Below are positions 8,501 to 16,288 of a stretch of 20,241 nucleotides of DNA, in pieces. Source of the DNA: a virus (Duplodnaviria > Heunggongvirae > Uroviricota > Caudoviricetes); the IMG/VR virus record IMGVR_UViG_2802429219_000017, positions 1 to 20,241 of that record; one strand, written 5' to 3'. Positions within the stretch are counted from its first letter, which is position 1. Every line of letters begins with the position of its first letter. The position numbers were made by a program, and so were the translations under genes. The notes beneath the pieces are model-generated. The model was given only the letters and a program-made list of their open reading frames with translations, searched no databases and was not told where the DNA came from.

Positions 8501-8800
8501 TCACATCTCCTCGATCATCGCATTTACTACGATTCGCAGATCTTCCAGTGCACTTTCAACTTTTAGATCATTTGCAGCTTCACTGACTTTTTTCATGGCA
8601 TCAGCCATTCTTTTAATCAGATCATTTGGAGTCTCTTTTGTGTTAGCAGAAACCCTGCTGGCCAGTTCCAGTGCGAGACGTGCATCTTTCGGTGTAATGC
8701 CTTTATCTTTTGCCATCTCTGCTGCCAGCTCAGAAAGCTCGGATGCAAGAGTGAGTACGCTTCTTCCCGTTTTTGACGGATATATATCGTGCGTGAACAT
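8501..8800 (-). CDS. First gene of the leftward early operon: 99-aa helical protein (YdfA/YdaF-YdaG-like position)
   Basis: ORF with AAGGAA SD, directly downstream of a sigma-70 promoter and operator-like palindromes. Acidic, helical composition. Homology to Qin YdfA/YdfB or Rac YdaF/YdaG is inferred from position only. Confidence 0.6.
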   Translation of the reverse strand: MFTHDIYPSKTGRSVLTLASELSELAAEMAKDKGITPKDARLALELASRVSANTKETPNDLIKRMADAMKKVSEAANDLKVESALEDLRIVVNAMIEEM

Positions 8801-8875
8801 TGTTTTCCTTTTCCCCTTAACGCCGGGTGGCAGAACTGTTTGCTGAGAACACCGTGCGGTGTCTTGATGGATTGT

Positions 8876-8904
8876 AATTTAGTTTTCTCATGAAAATTGG
8901 TCAA
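8876..8904 (-). promoter_or_regulatory. pL-like leftward early promoter (-35 TTGACC, 17-nt spacer, -10 TAAATT)
   Basis: On the minus strand: TTGACC (8899-8904), 17-nt spacer, TAAATT (8876-8881). An operator-like palindrome lies 10 bp upstream of the -35. Confidence 0.55.
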
Positions 8905-8913
8905 GCGTTTTTG

Positions 8914-8927
8914 GTGAGAAAACTCAA
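8914..8927. promoter_or_regulatory. Operator-like site OL (GTGAGAAAACTCAA), near-identical to the palindrome at OR
   Basis: 13/14 match to TTGAGAAAACTCAA at 9448-9461; the two copies flank the repressor gene. Confidence 0.55.
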
Positions 8928-8989
8928 TATTTAATGCAAAATAAAGCCAATACATTGAAATGTAAGGCTTTAAAATTTGTGAAGGGGGG

Positions 8990-9397
8990 TTATTGATGTT
9001 TGTTACGTTTGCGAGCTTCTAGTAGCTCGGTGAATAGGCGATTAAAATTCTCAACGCGGGCACGGAGTTCGCTGATTTGTGCTTGCTGCTCTGATTTTGG
9101 AAGTGCGCGATACAATCGCAACATCTCCAACTCATCTTCCGATAAGTCTAAGGCGCTGTTGAGTGCAACTGGTGGATCTGGTGTTTTATCCTCGTCACCA
9201 AACAGTATCCAAGTTGGTGAACATTGCAATACCTCAGCCAGGCGATGCAAATTTTGCCCGCGCGGGGCTGTATGGTCGCTTTCCCATAGTGAAATTGATG
9301 AGCCAGATACGCCAGCAGCTTTGCTTAAATCGTTTTGACTTAAACCAACCTGTTTGCGTCTTTCTCTAATTCGTTGACCTAAAGTTTTCTCGTTCAT
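8990..9397 (-). CDS. dicA: Prophage repressor, DicA-type XRE-family HTH protein (135 aa, no peptidase domain)
   Basis: HTH region LGQRIRERRKQVGLSQNDLSKAAGVS... and the ...LQCSPTWILFGDEDK... segment match my memory of Qin DicA, which is also 135 aa. Confidence 0.8.
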   Translation of the reverse strand: MNEKTLGQRIRERRKQVGLSQNDLSKAAGVSGSSISLWESDHTAPRGQNLHRLAEVLQCSPTWILFGDEDKTPDPPVALNSALDLSEDELEMLRLYRALPKSEQQAQISELRARVENFNRLFTELLEARKRNKHQ

Positions 9398-9418
9398 ATT
9401 TAGATATCTTAATAACCC

Positions 9419-9448
9419 TTGACTTGAGATTCCTTGAGTGATTACTAT
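9419..9448 (+). promoter_or_regulatory. PR-like rightward early promoter (-35 TTGACT, -10 TACTAT) with TTGAG repeats
   Basis: TTGACT at 9419-9424, 17-18 nt spacer, TTACTA/TACTAT at 9442-9448. Direct TTGAG repeats sit in the spacer. Confidence 0.5.
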
Positions 9449-9461
9449 TGAGAAAACTCAA
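9448..9461. promoter_or_regulatory. Operator OR: perfect 14-bp palindrome TTGAGAAAACTCAA at the PR start site
   Basis: Perfect inverted repeat immediately downstream of the PR -10, just upstream of the cro-like SD. Confidence 0.6.
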
Positions 9462-9474
9462 CTTTGGAGGGGTG

Positions 9475-9702
9475 ATGTTTAAATCAGACGTAATTAATTT
9501 TTATGGGACGAAAGCCAAAGTAGCGAAAGCTGCTGGTGTTGATCCATCCGCTGTTTCTCAATGGGGGGAACTGGTTCCTGAAGGTCGCGCGATGCGCCTG
9601 CAAGAGGCATCCGGCGGGGAACTTCAGTATGACCCCAAAGTTTATGACGAATATCGTAAGGCAAAGCGGGCGGGGAAGGTGATTCATGAAAATCAGGCAT
9701 GA
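9475..9702 (+). CDS. dicC: Cro-like regulator, DicC-type (75 aa)
   Basis: MFKSDVINFYGTKAKVAKAAGVDPSAVSQWGELVPEGRAMRLQEASGGELQYDPKVYDEYRK... resembles DicC. GGAGGGG SD precedes the ATG at 9475; the track ORF begins with TTG at 9448. Confidence 0.7.
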   Translation: MFKSDVINFYGTKAKVAKAAGVDPSAVSQWGELVPEGRAMRLQEASGGELQYDPKVYDEYRKAKRAGKVIHENQA

Positions 9703-10111
9703 GCACATCGAATCAGTGCTGTTAGCCCTGGCAGCCGAAAAAGGGCAGGCGTGGGTCGCTAACGCAATTACTGAAGAATATCTGCGCCAGGGGGGGGGCG
9801 GCGAATTACCCCTGGTACCAGGCAAGGACTGGAACAATCAGCAGAATATCTATCACCGCTGGTTGAAAGGTGAAACGGAAGCGCAAAGGGAAAAAATTCA
9901 GAAACTGATCCCTGCAATTCTGGCAATCCTTCCGCGCGAGCTGCGCCACCGATTCAGCATCTTCGATACCCTGGAACGCCGTGCATTACTGGCGGCGCAG
10001 GAAGCGTTGAGTACGGCAATTGATGCGCATGATGATGCAGTCCAAGCCGTTTACCGGAAAGCGCATTTCAGCGGTGGTGGGTCGTCCGACGATTCTGCTG
10101 TTGTTCATTAA
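9686..10111 (+). CDS. ydaT: YdaT (CII-like fold), 141 aa
   Basis: MKIRHEHIESVLLALAAEKGQAWVANAITEEYLRQGGGG... is near-identical to my memory of Rac YdaT. AAGGTGA SD; overlaps the cro-like stop. Confidence 0.85.
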   Translation: MKIRHEHIESVLLALAAEKGQAWVANAITEEYLRQGGGGELPLVPGKDWNNQQNIYHRWLKGETEAQREKIQKLIPAILAILPRELRHRFSIFDTLERRALLAAQEALSTAIDAHDDAVQAVYRKAHFSGGGSSDDSAVVH

Positions 10112-10130
10112 GTGAATAGGGTAACTAACA

Positions 10131-10544
10131 ATGAAAATCAAACCGTTTATCAATGCTGGAAATCTTACTCCCGGCGAACTACGAGACTGGATCCTGAAAC
10201 TTGCAAAAAATGCAGAAATTGCGGGTTGGGGTACAGAAACTTCGGTTCGGAAGCTTCAGAGCGCAGAACTTAGCCTGCGCTCAGTTATGGACGATTTATC
10301 CCCAAGAATTAATTTTCTGGGGTCAGAGCAAATAATTCGTTCGGAAGGTCACTCCAGCGAAGTTGCGGAAGTTCTGAATACTTTGAGGATAACTTTTGCT
10401 GCCGTTCGCGATATTCAACGAACCATTCTCTCATTGATTTCTCAGCTTCAAGAAATTGATAGTCGCATTCCTGATGGGGGTCATAGAGAGCGTCTTCCAG
10501 AATGTGAAGAGCAAGGACAGGAGAAACAGATAAGGGATCAGTAA
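10131..10544 (+). CDS. Hypothetical protein (137 aa) directly after ydaT; overlaps a convergent ORF
   Basis: Open frame starting 19 nt after the ydaT stop, with protein-like helical composition and a weak SD. Its 3' 236 nt overlap the minus-strand ORF 10309-10764. Confidence 0.4.
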   Translation: MKIKPFINAGNLTPGELRDWILKLAKNAEIAGWGTETSVRKLQSAELSLRSVMDDLSPRINFLGSEQIIRSEGHSSEVAEVLNTLRITFAAVRDIQRTILSLISQLQEIDSRIPDGGHRERLPECEEQGQEKQIRDQ

Positions 10545-10764
10545 TACGTTTTTCACTTGCCTGGTATAGCAATCTCGCCAGCGAATCATAGTTACTGGGA
10601 CTCAGGAGAGAATCTCGTGAGTGATTTGTAAGAAGTAGATGGAAGCGGGTGAGAACTATAGCCCTGCATGTTACCAGGTTAACCATGTCGTGGTCGTGCT
10701 GGTTAATTTTGTACACAGTGCGCATGTGATTTTTAATTTTTTGGCAAACAGCCATTAAAGACAT
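10309..10764 (-). CDS. Hypothetical protein (151 aa) with its own -10 and strong SD, divergent from the replication gene
   Basis: AAGGAGGT SD 5 nt before the ATG at 10764. Perfect minus-strand -10 TATAAT at 10804-10809, ~33 nt upstream of the ATG. No recognisable family. Confidence 0.5.
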   Translation of the reverse strand: MSLMAVCQKIKNHMRTVYKINQHDHDMVNLVTCRAIVLTRFHLLLTNHSRDSLLSPSNYDSLARLLYQASEKRITDPLSVSPVLALHILEDALYDPHQECDYQFLEAEKSMREWFVEYRERQQKLSSKYSELPQLRWSDLPNELFALTPEN

Positions 10765-10843
10765 GTCGAACCTCCTTTGGTTCTGTTGATTGGGGAATCA
10801 CAGATTATATCCGGAGGAAGGTTCGACACCAGATGAGGCAATT

Positions 10844-11968
10844 ATGGTTAAGGCTAAAAACATGCCAAATCCCATGCCAAAAACTAAGGCAAACAATGAG
10901 CCTTATCGCAAGGTAAAAATAACGATATGGGATGATCCCAAATTTAGGGCGTTATCTCCTCTGCCTCCAAGTGGACAGAGTTTGTTTATTTATCTGCTGA
11001 CCAGTCCATTTACCGGGATTATTCCTGGGTTGTTTAAAGCCGGGCGGGCAGCAATGGCTGAAGAGTTGGGGTGGGATATCGAAGCCTTTGACTTAGCCTT
11101 AGGCGAAGCCATGAATCTTGGCATGGTGAAAGCAGATATCAAAGCCAGAGTTTTTTGGCTCCCGAATGCTGCGAAACACAATCCGCCAAACTCGATAAAT
11201 GTCATTAAATCCTGGGCAAAGGCATTCGCTTTAATTCCTGACTGCCCTCTCAAATGGGAGGCCAGGGAATCGCTGAGAGCCGCGTCCTACGGGGTTTCTG
11301 AGGCTTTGGGGATGGCATTCGATAAGGCAATCCCTTTGCCTGAGGATAAGCCTAAGGATAAGGCTAACGCTTTGTCATGCGGTATCCAGATAACAGATAA
11401 CAGATATATAAACCCCACACATAACGCGCGCGTGCGCGAGAGTGCTCCGGCCAGTGAGGCAAATGGCGTGCCGTTGCAGACAGCGGAACCTGATTACCTG
11501 GAAGGCCTGAGCGAACCCATCGGGAAATTTCCGATGACCGATGGCTGGCATCCGTCGCCGGATTTTCGACGACGGGCTGCGCTGTGGGGCGTGGCTCTTC
11601 CTGAGCCGGAATTTACACCAGCTGAACTTGCCGCCTTCCGGGACTACTGGGCAGCGGAGGGGAAAGTATTTACGCAGATTCAGTGGGAGCAGAAATTCGC
11701 CCGTCACGTAAATCACGTCAGGGCGCAGGTTAAACCAGTCAGCAAGGGGGTGAGCCATGCAGCCGCACCAGGTGGCACCGCATCACGGGCAGTTCAGGAA
11801 ATTCGGGCAGCACGTGAGCAGTGGGAACGTGAAAACGGATTTATCAGCGACGGAAACGGCGTGGAAGCTGTGGGAACTCATGGGGGAGGTTTATTCGAAC
11901 CGCTGGACCCAGAAGAACGGGGCCGCACCTTCGAAGCTCTGGATTGCACAGATTGGCGCGATGACTGA
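10844..11968 (+). CDS. Putative replication initiation protein (O-like slot; YdaU/DnaT-like C-terminal motif)
   Basis: Large ORF in the lambda O position. C-terminal ...[31 protein letters not shown]... resembles phage replication/primosomal proteins. GAGG SD favours the ATG at 10844; the track ORF starts with TTG at 10790. The last ~70 codons overlap the next gene. Confidence 0.6.
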   Translation: MVKAKNMPNPMPKTKANNEPYRKVKITIWDDPKFRALSPLPPSGQSLFIYLLTSPFTGIIPGLFKAGRAAMAEELGWDIEAFDLALGEAMNLGMVKADIKARVFWLPNAAKHNPPNSINVIKSWAKAFALIPDCPLKWEARESLRAASYGVSEALGMAFDKAIPLPEDKPKDKANALSCGIQITDNRYINPTHNARVRESAPASEANGVPLQTAEPDYLEGLSEPIGKFPMTDGWHPSPDFRRRAALWGVALPEPEFTPAELAAFRDYWAAEGKVFTQIQWEQKFARHVNHVRAQVKPVSKGVSHAAAPGGTASRAVQEIRAAREQWERENGFISDGNGVEAVGTHGGGLFEPLDPEERGRTFEALDCTDWRDD

Positions 11969-12422
11969 GCAGCAAATCCGTCAGGTCTGCCGCCAGTGCA
12001 TGGACCGCTGCCGGGCGGGTGAAACATGGCCTCCGGACCTGGCTGAGTTTGTGGCGCTGATTTCGGAGAGTGGGGCAAATCCATTTGGTCTGACGGTGGA
12101 TGCTGTGATGGAGGAGTACCGCCGCTGGCGCAATGAGTCCTGGCGATACGACGGAAGTGATAAGTACCCGTGGTCTCAGCCCGTGCTGTATCACATTTGC
12201 CTCGAGATGCGTTCAAAGGGGATTGAGCGCCAGATGACCGAAGGGGAGTTAAAACGGCTTGCAGAACGGCAACTGACGAAATGGGCAAAGCATGTTGGTA
12301 ATGGCCTCAGTGTTCCGCCCGTCCGGCGGCAACTGGCAGCACCAAAACGCCCGTCGGGGCCAACACCAATTGAGTTGCTGAAACAGGAATATGAACGCCG
12401 GAAAGCGGCTGGTTTTGTTTGA
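11757..12422 (+). CDS. Lambda P-like replication protein (helicase loader)
   Basis: ...[36 protein letters not shown]...YPW... aligns by eye with the central and C-terminal parts of lambda P. AAGGGGGTGAG SD precedes the ATG at 11757; alternative starts at 11880 and 11961. Confidence 0.65.
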   Translation: MQPHQVAPHHGQFRKFGQHVSSGNVKTDLSATETAWKLWELMGEVYSNRWTQKNGAAPSKLWIAQIGAMTEQQIRQVCRQCMDRCRAGETWPPDLAEFVALISESGANPFGLTVDAVMEEYRRWRNESWRYDGSDKYPWSQPVLYHICLEMRSKGIERQMTEGELKRLAERQLTKWAKHVGNGLSVPPVRRQLAAPKRPSGPTPIELLKQEYERRKAAGFV

Positions 12423-12455
12423 GTTTAGAAGTATTTTTACCGGGAGGAAATTTTA

Positions 12456-13211
12456 ATGGAGACCGTTTTTGACGCACTGAAAGCGATGGGAAAGGCCACG
12501 TCGGCAGAACTGGCTGCGCGACTTGATATCAGTCGAGAAGAAGTGCTGAACGAACTATGGGAACTGAAAAAGGCTGGTTTCGTTGATAAAAGCGCGTACA
12601 CCTGGCGTGTGGCTGATAACAACGTTCAGCAGGAACAGCCAGCGCCGGCAGAACTGCCGGAAGAAACCACCACGGCGACAGTAGCGAAAATCTCAGAGTG
12701 CGATTTAACCGCGACGATTGAACAACGCGGACCACAAACGGCGGATGAGCTGGCTACATTGTTTGGTACCACATCACGCAAAGTGGCTTCAACGCTGGCA
12801 ATGGCAATCAGCAAAGGTCGTCTGATTCGCGTAAATCAGGGCGGTAAATTTCGTTACTGCATACCGGGCGATAATTTACCAGCAGAGCCGAAAGCAGCAT
12901 CGGTAGCGGAAACTGATGGTAAGGCCTTTCCTCAGCCCGCAGGTGTTGCGTTACCAGTACAGGAGGCTGCAACACAGGAAGAAATTAAAACAGAAACTGT
13001 GGCGGACATTGTGCAGTCGCTGCCATCGTTTACTGCAACGCGATCTGATGATTTGATTTTGCCATCGCTGCATTTGGCAAACCGCGAACTGCGTCGGGCG
13101 AAAAATCATGTCCGGAAGTGGGAGCGTGTCTGCGCCGCGCTGCGGGAGCTGAATAAATATCGCGATATTGTCGCCCAGCTTTGCCAGGAGGAAACCAGTG
13201 AGCAACATTAA
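12456..13211 (+). CDS. Hypothetical protein with two winged-helix-like domains (251 aa)
   Basis: GGGAGGAAA SD. N-terminal and central segments each look like a winged helix-turn-helix; the C-terminus is basic and helical. Confidence 0.6.
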   Translation: METVFDALKAMGKATSAELAARLDISREEVLNELWELKKAGFVDKSAYTWRVADNNVQQEQPAPAELPEETTTATVAKISECDLTATIEQRGPQTADELATLFGTTSRKVASTLAMAISKGRLIRVNQGGKFRYCIPGDNLPAEPKAASVAETDGKAFPQPAGVALPVQEAATQEEIKTETVADIVQSLPSFTATRSDDLILPSLHLANRELRRAKNHVRKWERVCAALRELNKYRDIVAQLCQEETSEQH

Positions 13212-13812
13212 TTACCAGGCACTGCGAATGGCGGCAGAAAATGCAACCCCTGGCGAATGGTGTTCTGATGATTATGGGTTAATTGCTGATGCCGGACTGA
13301 ACGCAAATTACTACATAGCATCATGCTCAGGACCAGATAATCGCGCCAATAAGCGATTCATAGCAGCAGCCAATCCGGCTACCGTGCTGGCACTGCTGGA
13401 TGAACGGGAAGCCCAAAGCAAACGCATTGCAGAGCTGGAGACTAATCTTGCTGCACTTGCGGCGGAGAATGCGGGGCTGAAGGTGATGTGTGAGGACCGC
13501 CGCAGGTTCATCATGAAAGGGGTGCAACTGGGGTATATCAAGGTGCCAAAAGCGGAAACAGATCCGGACCTTGAGACAATTCGTATTGCTATATCACCAC
13601 AAAAGCCCATTCCAGCCACCGATGCTTTTTTGGCTGAAGTAAGGGCGCAGGGGGTAGAGATGATGCGCGAACACCCATCAATCAAACTTTGCTCTTTGAC
13701 GCACATATGTGATGAGTTAGCCGCCCAGCTTCGAAAAGGAGAGCTGCATATGATGTTTGACGCTGGCATTCACATCAAAGGAGAAGAGCATGGAAATAAA
13801 ACCAGAAGATGA
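13198..13812 (+). CDS. Ead/Ea22-like protein (N-terminal Ea22-like domain, variable C-terminus)
   Basis: AGGAGG SD 6 nt before GTG at 13198. ...[47 protein letters not shown]... resembles the Ea22-like N-terminal domain of lambdoid prophage proteins. Confidence 0.55.
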   Translation: MSNINYQALRMAAENATPGEWCSDDYGLIADAGLNANYYIASCSGPDNRANKRFIAAANPATVLALLDEREAQSKRIAELETNLAALAAENAGLKVMCEDRRRFIMKGVQLGYIKVPKAETDPDLETIRIAISPQKPIPATDAFLAEVRAQGVEMMREHPSIKLCSLTHICDELAAQLRKGELHMMFDAGIHIKGEEHGNKTRR

Positions 13813-14149
13813 GTTAAGTAATATTGTTTTATTTCCGGTAAAAGAGGATGACCCACGTAATCAGGTTAATTTTCTTTATGAACCATCGGAAAGACCATAT
13901 TGCCATCATGCCTCTGTCCGGGTTGATGAAAAAGAGCGTCAGGTCCGCTGTAAAATCTGCGGTGCAGTTGTGGAGCCATTTGACTGGATGCTCTCTGTTG
14001 CGAAAAGAGAAACCAGGCTGGCAGATGATGTAAAACTATTGCGCCAGGAGGAACAGGAAAGGCGAAAAAATATAGAAAAGCTAATTCAGATTGAGCGTAA
14101 CGCGAAAGCGCGGATACGCAGAGCGACAAAATCCAGAACTGAATATTAA
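13790..14149 (+). CDS. Hypothetical zinc-ribbon plus coiled-coil protein (119 aa)
   Basis: AAAGGAGAAG SD. CHH...CKICG motif followed by a basic/acidic coiled-coil tail. Confidence 0.55.
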   Translation: MEIKPEDELSNIVLFPVKEDDPRNQVNFLYEPSERPYCHHASVRVDEKERQVRCKICGAVVEPFDWMLSVAKRETRLADDVKLLRQEEQERRKNIEKLIQIERNAKARIRRATKSRTEY

Positions 14150-14194
14150 ATCAGCACTGTAAATAAAATTTAATCCTTAACCGGAGGTATATCT

Positions 14195-14407
14195 ATGTTA
14201 AATACACAGAAAACCATTAACGCGGAAAAATATAACGAGTGGGTAAAAAAATTCTCTGAGCAGATTTTTAAAATTACTGCTGACGAGAATGTAGCAAAAA
14301 ATGAATTAGAGCCGTGGACACCTGAAGGAACCGACCCAAATTATTGCTGGTGGGAGGTTGATCCGGTTGATGCTGCAAATGAAGCCATGAGTTACCACAA
14401 CGATTAA
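14195..14407 (+). CDS. Hypothetical small protein (70 aa)
   Basis: GGAGGT SD 5 nt upstream; acidic, Trp-rich C-terminus. Confidence 0.5.
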   Translation: MLNTQKTINAEKYNEWVKKFSEQIFKITADENVAKNELEPWTPEGTDPNYCWWEVDPVDAANEAMSYHND

Positions 14408-14719
14408 TGTCGGGATGCCGCCCGAAAGGGCGGTAATAAAAATGGCTGAACTAATCGGAGAACAAAACGATGAAAAACCGTAAGGCAAAGATGCTGATAG
14501 CAAAGCCCGGGCAGCGTATCCGTATCTCAAATCGGCTTGTTATTTACTATAGATATCTGGGTTTTAGGGGGTGTTCCTCTATTCGTTTTTACGGTGTCTG
14601 GCGGAGCAGAAGCGCGGCGCAAAACCGCTGGAAAAACCACTTGCGCACTAAAGGAGAGTGAGGTGCCTACACTATTCAGGAAGCTACACAATAAAATTAA
14701 CCCACATAAGGAAACAGAT

Positions 14720-15298
14720 ATGGCAACTATTACCAGAGAAAGCGCAGAGATTAAATCATTCATCACTGGCTTTCTGAGCGATGCGGCGCACGATAACCAA
14801 TCTTCAAACAGTCTGCTTGCTAATGTGTTTCGTATCGCGCTGGCATCGCTGGAAGCAAAACCAATAGGTGCATTCCACATTGCAGAACAGCAAGTTGACG
14901 GTACAAGTGACTACCTCAAGGATGGAGAATGGCCTATTGATAATGGAATTATTGAGGTCTACGCCGCTCCCCCCGTTCCCGTAATACAGGCTGATGTCGC
15001 GCAAGCAATTGAAAATCTCAAGCAGAAGTTAGTGGAATGCAATCGCTATAACTACTGCGCAGATGCAGTTAAAGGTGTTGAGGATGCCTGCCGCGCAGCC
15101 ATGCTTCAGGGGAAAGACGATGGTATCCTCACCAATGAGGATACCAAAGGGGACGTTCAGGTACGGGAATTAACAATGCTGATTAAACAACTGGTTAGCC
15201 AATTGAGGAAAGCGAAGCCGGACTGCAAATTACCGGAGAAGGCGATGGTCTACCTGAAGCGAAACGGACTGATAAGTGCAGAGGATGTTTTGCGATGA
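14720..15298 (+). CDS. Hypothetical protein (192 aa)
   Basis: AAGGAAA SD before the ATG at 14720; the track ORF extends to 14537 but that N-terminal part looks non-coding. Soluble, acidic. Confidence 0.6.
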   Translation: MATITRESAEIKSFITGFLSDAAHDNQSSNSLLANVFRIALASLEAKPIGAFHIAEQQVDGTSDYLKDGEWPIDNGIIEVYAAPPVPVIQADVAQAIENLKQKLVECNRYNYCADAVKGVEDACRAAMLQGKDDGILTNEDTKGDVQVRELTMLIKQLVSQLRKAKPDCKLPEKAMVYLKRNGLISAEDVLR

Positions 15299-15378
15299 CC
15301 TGGCCTGAAGCATTCACAACGGTAGGAATTGCAATGGCGGTGGCGCTGGTGGTGTATTCGATTTGCCGCTGGGGATAA
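15295..15378 (+). CDS. Candidate 27-aa hydrophobic peptide, start overlapping the preceding stop
   Basis: Hand-translated: MTWPEAFTTVGIAMAVALVVYSICRWG; ATGA overlap with the 14720-15298 stop. One predicted transmembrane helix. Confidence 0.3.
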   Translation: MTWPEAFTTVGIAMAVALVVYSICRWG

Positions 15379-15588
15379 AAACGATTTGCGGGAAAAGGAT
15401 AGTTAAGTAGAATTGCTGCGGGTGCTTGAGGCTATCTGTCTCAGGCATGAACACCAAAGGCAGATAGAGAAAAGCCCCAGTTAACATTACGCGTCCTGCA
15501 AGACGCTTAACATTAATCTGAGGCCAATTTCATGCTAGACACATGTAGGTTAGCCTCTTACGCGCCGAAAGGCAAGGAGAAGCAGGCT

Positions 15589-15744
15589 ATGAAGCAGCAA
15601 AAGGCGATGTTAATCGCCCTGATCGTCATCTGTTTAACCGTCATAGTGACGGCACTGGTAACGAGGAAAGACCTCTGCGAGGTACGAATCCGAACCGGGC
15701 AGACGGAGGTCGCTGTCTTCACAGCTTACGAACCTGAGGAGTAA
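15589..15744 (+). CDS. hok: Hok/Gef-family type I toxin (HokD/RelF-like, 51 aa)
   Basis: MKQQKAMLIALIVICLTVIVTALVTRKDLCEVRIRTGQTEVAVFTAYEPEE matches my memory of the Hok family. AAGGAGAAG SD. An in-frame upstream ATG at 15532 gives a mok-like leader. Confidence 0.85.
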   Translation: MKQQKAMLIALIVICLTVIVTALVTRKDLCEVRIRTGQTEVAVFTAYEPEE

Positions 15745-15810
15745 GAGACCAGGCGGGGTAAACCCCCGCCACCTCTGATGTGTCAGGCATCCTCAATGCA
15801 CCCACACTTA

Positions 15811-15836
15811 ACCCGCTTCGGCGGGTTTTTGTTTTT
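15811..15836 (+). terminator. Rho-independent terminator of the hok transcript
   Basis: ACCCGC-TTCG-GCGGGT followed by TTTTGTTTTT. An upstream hairpin GGCGGGG-TAAA-CCCCCGCC (15752-15770) resembles a hok fold-back element. Confidence 0.7.
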
Positions 15837-15961
15837 ATTTTCAACGCGTTTGAAGTTTTGGATAGTGCCGGAATAGAATCAAAAATACTTAAGTAGCGCG
15901 CAGGGAGAAGAGGGATGGACCCCGAACAGGGGAGTGCTATTTATCTGGAAGGATTCTGTTG

Positions 15962-16222
15962 ATGAAAATCGAAGAATTGCGTGAAATTTTTAGTGAAAAT
16001 GGCCTCTATACTGTGCGCGTTGAGAATGGCGCTATTGTCAGTCACTGCCGTATTAAATGTTTACAGTCTCAACAAAGGAAGAGTGGAGCTGCGTTATTTT
16101 ATTTTTGTAATGGACTTCTGACGGACGGTTTTATTTTGCGTGAGGACGAATTTGTCACATCATTAGGGGTTTTGAAAGAGATTGGTTTTAAGGCTGGTTT
16201 TTCTGCTTTTGCTGAAGAATAA
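15962..16222 (+). CDS. Hypothetical small protein (86 aa)
   Basis: GGAAGGA SD 8 nt before the ATG at 15962. Confidence 0.5.
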   Translation: MKIEELREIFSENGLYTVRVENGAIVSHCRIKCLQSQQRKSGAALFYFCNGLLTDGFILREDEFVTSLGVLKEIGFKAGFSAFAEE

Positions 16223-16288
16223 ACTCATCTACAATCTTGAGCAGGATTGAACTCCTGCTGAGTAACACCGTGCCACCGGAGAAAGCCG

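Noticed and set aside
8595-8955. ORFs 8595-8846 (plus) and 8617-8955 (minus)
   Set aside because: Overlap the well-supported 99-aa gene and run through the pL promoter/operator region; compositions atypical.
9000-9837. ORFs 9000-9338, 9163-9369, 9484-9837, 9494-9706
   Set aside because: Antisense shadows of the repressor, cro-like and ydaT genes.
10790-10843. TTG-initiated N-terminal extension of the O-like gene
   Set aside because: The ATG at 10844 has a properly spaced GAGG SD, and the extension overlaps the divergent promoter.
10990-12288. Minus-strand ORFs 10990-11253, 11375-11758, 11844-12194, 11878-12288
   Set aside because: Antisense within O-like and P-like genes; Pro/Arg/Ser-rich low-complexity translations typical of GC-rich shadow frames.
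12437-14129. Minus-strand and out-of-frame ORFs (12437-12814, 12951-13208, 13311-13769, 13848-14129)
   Set aside because: All overlap plus-strand genes that have SDs and coherent domain-like translations.
14306-15004. Minus-strand ORFs 14306-14530, 14527-14880, 14804-15004 and the 14537-14719 extension of the 192-aa gene
   Set aside because: No SDs, hydrophobic low-complexity translations; the 192-aa gene has a clear SD at its internal ATG (14720).
15532-15588. In-frame upstream start extending Hok to 70 aa
   Set aside because: The mature toxin is the 51-aa product from the SD-preceded ATG at 15589; the upstream part is treated as a mok-like leader.
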